Shown here piece after piece: positions 35,890 to 38,711 of a DNA stretch of 38,711 nucleotides. Under the pieces are notes generated by a model. That model worked only from the letters and a program-made list of their open reading frames with translations, made no database searches and was not told where the DNA came from. The first letter of the stretch is position 1. Each line of letters opens with the position of its first letter. Source of the stretch: a virus (lineage: Duplodnaviria > Caudoviricetes); the IMG/VR virus record IMGVR_UViG_3300035661_004715, positions 1 through 38,711 of that record, one strand, 5' to 3'. The translations under genes and the position numbers were made by a program.

Positions 35890-36334
35890 CTAGTAATATG
35901 CAAGGATAGTGGGGATAGTAGGAATGGGTGAAAGTGGGAATGGTAGGATTGTTATGCGAGCCACGGCTCGTTGATTTTCTTCACGCCGCAAGCCATCCGA
36001 AAGGGTGGCTTGTTGCGTTTCAACGCGACGGTGAATGTGTGGGGCGTCCTTTAGGACAGGGCGGGCGGGCAGGTTTCTATCGGACAGTGGGAGTGGTGAG
36101 GGTAAAGGACATTGTACTAGACCGCACCAGTTCGTCGGTGGCTTATGGCCACGACCCCTCACATGTCCTTGAGCGTTAGATCAAGGTTCTTGGGTGTCCA
36201 GAGTGACCCCTAGAAAAGGTGAGGGGTCGTGGCCGCTAGGCCATGCGAACTGGTGCGGAATCAGTCCCTTACGGTACCTATCCCCACCATACAGGGTACC
36301 AGGGCGTATGCCGTGGGTGTGTGGTGGTTGTCGC
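35890..36334 (+). ncRNA. Candidate large structured RNA or origin region
   Basis: Perfect 13-bp (36122-36134/36246-36258) and 16-bp (36147-36162/36219-36234) stems closing a branched junction; GAAA hairpin at 35989-36012; G-U pairs favour the + strand. Confidence 0.5.
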
Positions 36335-36592
36335 TTATTGTTGCCGGCCTGGTTGATCCGACGTCAGGCGATGTCGCCAGAACTTGTCGGCCCGCTCGTA
36401 CACGGCATCGGGGCTCAGCTTGTTGAACTCTGCAAGGACGCTTTTTCCGACGCATACATTGCTGTTCGCGTCGTAGTAGGCGAGAGCTTCGTCGTGCAAA
36501 TGCAGGAAGTAAGATGCGGCTTCTTCCTGATAGAGGAACCCTGCCACCTCTAAGCGCTCAAGCATCCACTCTGCGGCTTCTTTGACGGTCAT
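36335..36592 (-). CDS. DUF6953-like small protein
   Basis: AAEWML..L....LYQE.A, Y.DANSN..V.KSVL.EF and WR.R...D.PGRQQ motifs; ATGA-coupled. Confidence 0.65.
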   Translation of the reverse strand: MTVKEAAEWMLERLEVAGFLYQEEAASYFLHLHDEALAYYDANSNVCVGKSVLAEFNKLSPDAVYERADKFWRHRLTSDQPGRQQ

Positions 36593-36795
36593 TTCTTCGG
36601 GGGCACGAAGGTTTCGAGCAGGTGCTCGCCAAACTGCCCCCATTCGGCGGACGCACCCTTAAACCAGCGGCAGCCGTACTCGATGGTGCTCTCCCCAGGC
36701 TTCGCCCTGTCGTTGGTCTGCACAGCATCGATCGTCATAGCTGGCCCTCCAGACTTGAACCTTACGATGTCACCTTGCTTGAACTTACCTGCCAT
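36589..36795 (-). CDS. YodC / DUF2158 family protein
   Basis: FKQGDIVRFKSGGPAMT, CRWF and F.EHLL motifs. Confidence 0.85.
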   Translation of the reverse strand: MAGKFKQGDIVRFKSGGPAMTIDAVQTNDRAKPGESTIEYGCRWFKGASAEWGQFGEHLLETFVPPKK

Positions 36796-36855
36796 CCGAG
36801 AATCCCTTTTCGGCGAAGCGGTACTATGAAGCGCGAACCTTCACAGGCGCAAGGA

Positions 36856-36882
36856 AAGGCCCGCGGAAGTTCCGCGGGCCTT
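36856..36882. terminator. Intrinsic terminator hairpin
   Basis: AAGGCCCGCGGAA/TTCCGCGGGCCTT inverted repeat. Confidence 0.7.
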
Positions 36883-36906
36883 GTGTCGTACCGGTGGGCG
36901 ATAGCC

Positions 36907-37293
36907 TCACTTGGCGATGTAGTTGCCGTCCTTGATATCGACGGTGCCATTGCGCTTCAGGGCAGCGAGAGCGTTCCGGATTGAGGTCTTCTCCGCGTCG
37001 GTACCGGCTTCCATCTTGACCAGCACGTCGGCTGCGCTGATACCGCCTTTGGACATCTTGATGAGGGCCAGCACGTTATCACGCTGTCCCGTGCGACGCG
37101 TGCCGCCGCCGGTAGAAGCGGAGCGAGCGTTGCCCGCACCCTCGACCAGGCGGTAGTTGTAGCCGAGCTTCCGGAGTTCCTCGATGGCGGCGTTTGCCTT
37201 GCCGAGTGCGGCGTCTTTCGCCTTCTGCTGTATCTGCTTCTTCTGCTCTTCAAGCGCACGAATCTGTGCGTCGATCTCGTCGATGGTAGCCAT
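36907..37293 (-). CDS. Coiled-coil (H-NS-like N-terminus) plus winged-helix protein
   Basis: IDEIDAQIRALEEQKKQ N-terminus; SIRNALAALKRNGTVDIKDGNY C-terminus; SD AGGAG. Confidence 0.7.
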   Translation of the reverse strand: MATIDEIDAQIRALEEQKKQIQQKAKDAALGKANAAIEELRKLGYNYRLVEGAGNARSASTGGGTRRTGQRDNVLALIKMSKGGISAADVLVKMEAGTDAEKTSIRNALAALKRNGTVDIKDGNYIAK

Positions 37294-37338
37294 CGTGCGT
37301 CTCCTGCGGGGTTCAATTCCTCACTTAGTATACATACG

Positions 37339-37373
37339 AAAAAGGGGCCAGCGGGTTGATACCCACTGGCCCC
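37339..37373 (-). terminator. Intrinsic terminator after int-alpA
   Basis: GGGGCCAGTGGGT/ACCCGCTGGCCCC stem followed by TTTTT on the minus strand. Confidence 0.8.
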
Positions 37374-37383
37374 AGTGACTCCG

Positions 37384-37578
37384 TTAGGAGTCGGTGTGTC
37401 TATCGCGATCGGCAACGCGGGAAGCCATCCACTCCTGAATTTCACCTTCTACATAAGCGACCCTGCCGCTTCCGAGTCGTACCCGTCTAGGGAACTTCCC
37501 GTCCGCTTCGAGACGCGCCGTATGGGCGAAACTGTAGGTGACTAGCTCTTTTACCTGCCGCTTCGATAAGAACCTCAT
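37384..37578 (-). CDS. alpA: AlpA family regulator / excisionase
   Basis: FLSKRQVKE, GKFPRRVRLG..RVAY.E.EI.EW; SD AAAGGAG; next to the integrase. Confidence 0.88.
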   Translation of the reverse strand: MRFLSKRQVKELVTYSFAHTARLEADGKFPRRVRLGSGRVAYVEGEIQEWMASRVADRDRHTDS

Positions 37579-37616
37579 CGCGGAACTCCTTTTCAGGAGC
37601 TCGCGCGAGCTCAGGG

Positions 37617-38711
37617 TTAGCCCTGGGCGAGGAGACCTTGAAGGAAAGCCTCGTACTTAGCCAGTGCGGCCCGCTTCTCCTCGATGCGATCGTACCTGTC
37701 GTAGATCTCATCGAGCACGGGCGGAGCGTGGTTGATGAGCACCTCGCACACCTCGCGAGGAACCTTGAGCCGGGCCATGTTGGACCGGAACGTCCGGCGG
37801 ATATCTCGTATCTGCCAGTTCTTCGTTTTGGATCGCTTCATCACCTCCGCCTTGAGCTTCGGCAGGGCGTGGTGCGTCAGGTGTGCGTCTCCCCATCGGC
37901 TAGGAAAGAAATATCGTTCATTGGCCGGCAGTCCGTCGAGAACAGTCTGAGCGAGAGGCTCGATAGGGATGCCGTGATCCCGGCCGTTCTTGGTGTGCCC
38001 ACCCGGAATAGTCAGCACCCCCTCAACGACCCAATTTCGCTCCAGGAGCGTCGTCTCCATGTTCCGCGTACCAAACAGTATGAGGAGCCTAAAGATGCTG
38101 TAGGGGGCCGTTTCTGAGGCGTTCCAGATGGCTACGAGCTCCTCGTCGGTAAGGGTACGAGTTCCCTTCCGGTCCTTGCCCGGCGGCTCGTATCCTTCCA
38201 TCGGTGAGAGCTTCATGTAGCGGCGCGGCGCGCGCGTACACCACTTGAGGAAGGCGCGGACGGAACGGTAGGCATGAAGCTGCTGGCTCGGCCGGTCGGC
38301 AAGCTTGTCGAGACACTTCTTCACGTCGGCGTCGTCGATGTCCGCAAGCTGCTGTTGTTCCAGCGGCTTGAAATACAGCGTGAGGAGCTTGGTCACGTTG
38401 TAACGGGTGCGTGGGTTCTCGTACGTGTCCAGGAATGCTTCTCTGGCGGCCTTGAACGTCATTCCTGGCGCAATGGGCTCGGGCTTGGTGGAAAGGAGCC
38501 TACGGGCCTCGTTGCGGGCTTCCGCAAGGGAAATGTCCCCGAACTTCCCGATGGAGATGCGTTCGCGGTTTCGACCGCGCACGACGACATACGTCTTGGC
38601 CCGCTTCCCGACGCGGACGCCGAAGCCAGGCAAGCTATCCCAGTGCGTGACGCTCTTGTCCGAACCTTTGAGGGCGCGGATGGCGAGTTCGGTCAGGGCG
38701 ATTTGGCTCAC
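37617..38711 (-). CDS. int: Tyrosine integrase with arm-binding (DUF4102-like) domain
   Basis: LT...IR.LK, WD.LPGFGVRV, GTR, TKNG, RDIRRT, LINH and IYDRY motifs. Confidence 0.92.
   Translation of the reverse strand: MSQIALTELAIRALKGSDKSVTHWDSLPGFGVRVGKRAKTYVVVRGRNRERISIGKFGDISLAEARNEARRLLSTKPEPIAPGMTFKAAREAFLDTYENPRTRYNVTKLLTLYFKPLEQQQLADIDDADVKKCLDKLADRPSQQLHAYRSVRAFLKWCTRAPRRYMKLSPMEGYEPPGKDRKGTRTLTDEELVAIWNASETAPYSIFRLLILFGTRNMETTLLERNWVVEGVLTIPGGHTKNGRDHGIPIEPLAQTVLDGLPANERYFFPSRWGDAHLTHHALPKLKAEVMKRSKTKNWQIRDIRRTFRSNMARLKVPREVCEVLINHAPPVLDEIYDRYDRIEEKRAALAKYEAFLQGLLAQG

Larger units (their letters stand above)
1..38711. mobile_element. Integrative prophage-like element with virion genes plus relaxase/coupling-protein module
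   Basis: Integrase and AlpA at the right end; full head-tail-lysis gene set; Replic_Relax and T4CP genes; boundaries and att sites not visible. Confidence 0.85.

Noticed and set aside
35890-36334. CRISPR array, tRNA or retron msr-msd
   Set aside because: No spaced direct repeats, no cloverleaf with a T-loop, and no reverse transcriptase in the window
1-38711. attL/attR direct repeats
   Set aside because: None identifiable; the window ends at the integrase start codon, so the att site is probably outside it

Overview
The window reads as one nearly complete integrative element of about 38.7 kb. A tyrosine integrase and AlpA-type excisionase lie at the right edge and a CapRel-like gene near the left; no att site is visible. 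It carries a compact siphovirus-type virion module on the minus strand: terminases, portal fused to a MuF domain, HK97 protease and capsid, neck, tail tube, frameshifted chaperone, short tape measure, tail and fibre genes, an M23 endolysin and a holin. The same element also carries a mobilisation-like module (Replic_Relax relaxase, VirD4/TraD-like coupling ATPase, a degenerate paralog of that ATPase, a membrane protein, a CHC2 zinc-finger protein, DUF932) with no mating-pair genes. Defence cargo includes a CapRel-like fused toxSAS, a complete PvuII-like C-R-M system with C-boxes, a GIY-YIG nuclease and a RAMA-domain protein. The element looks chimeric. Virion and early genes lack Shine-Dalgarno sites, start at 'tATG', often sit 6-9 nt after a -10 hexamer, and include a signal-peptide fibre with repeats I associate with Patescibacteria (CPR). 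The integrase and cargo genes look alphaproteobacterial and several have strong SD sites. There are also two long structured non-coding segments and a putative ribbon-helix-helix switch in place of CI/Cro. All family calls come from motif recognition by eye; no searches were run.
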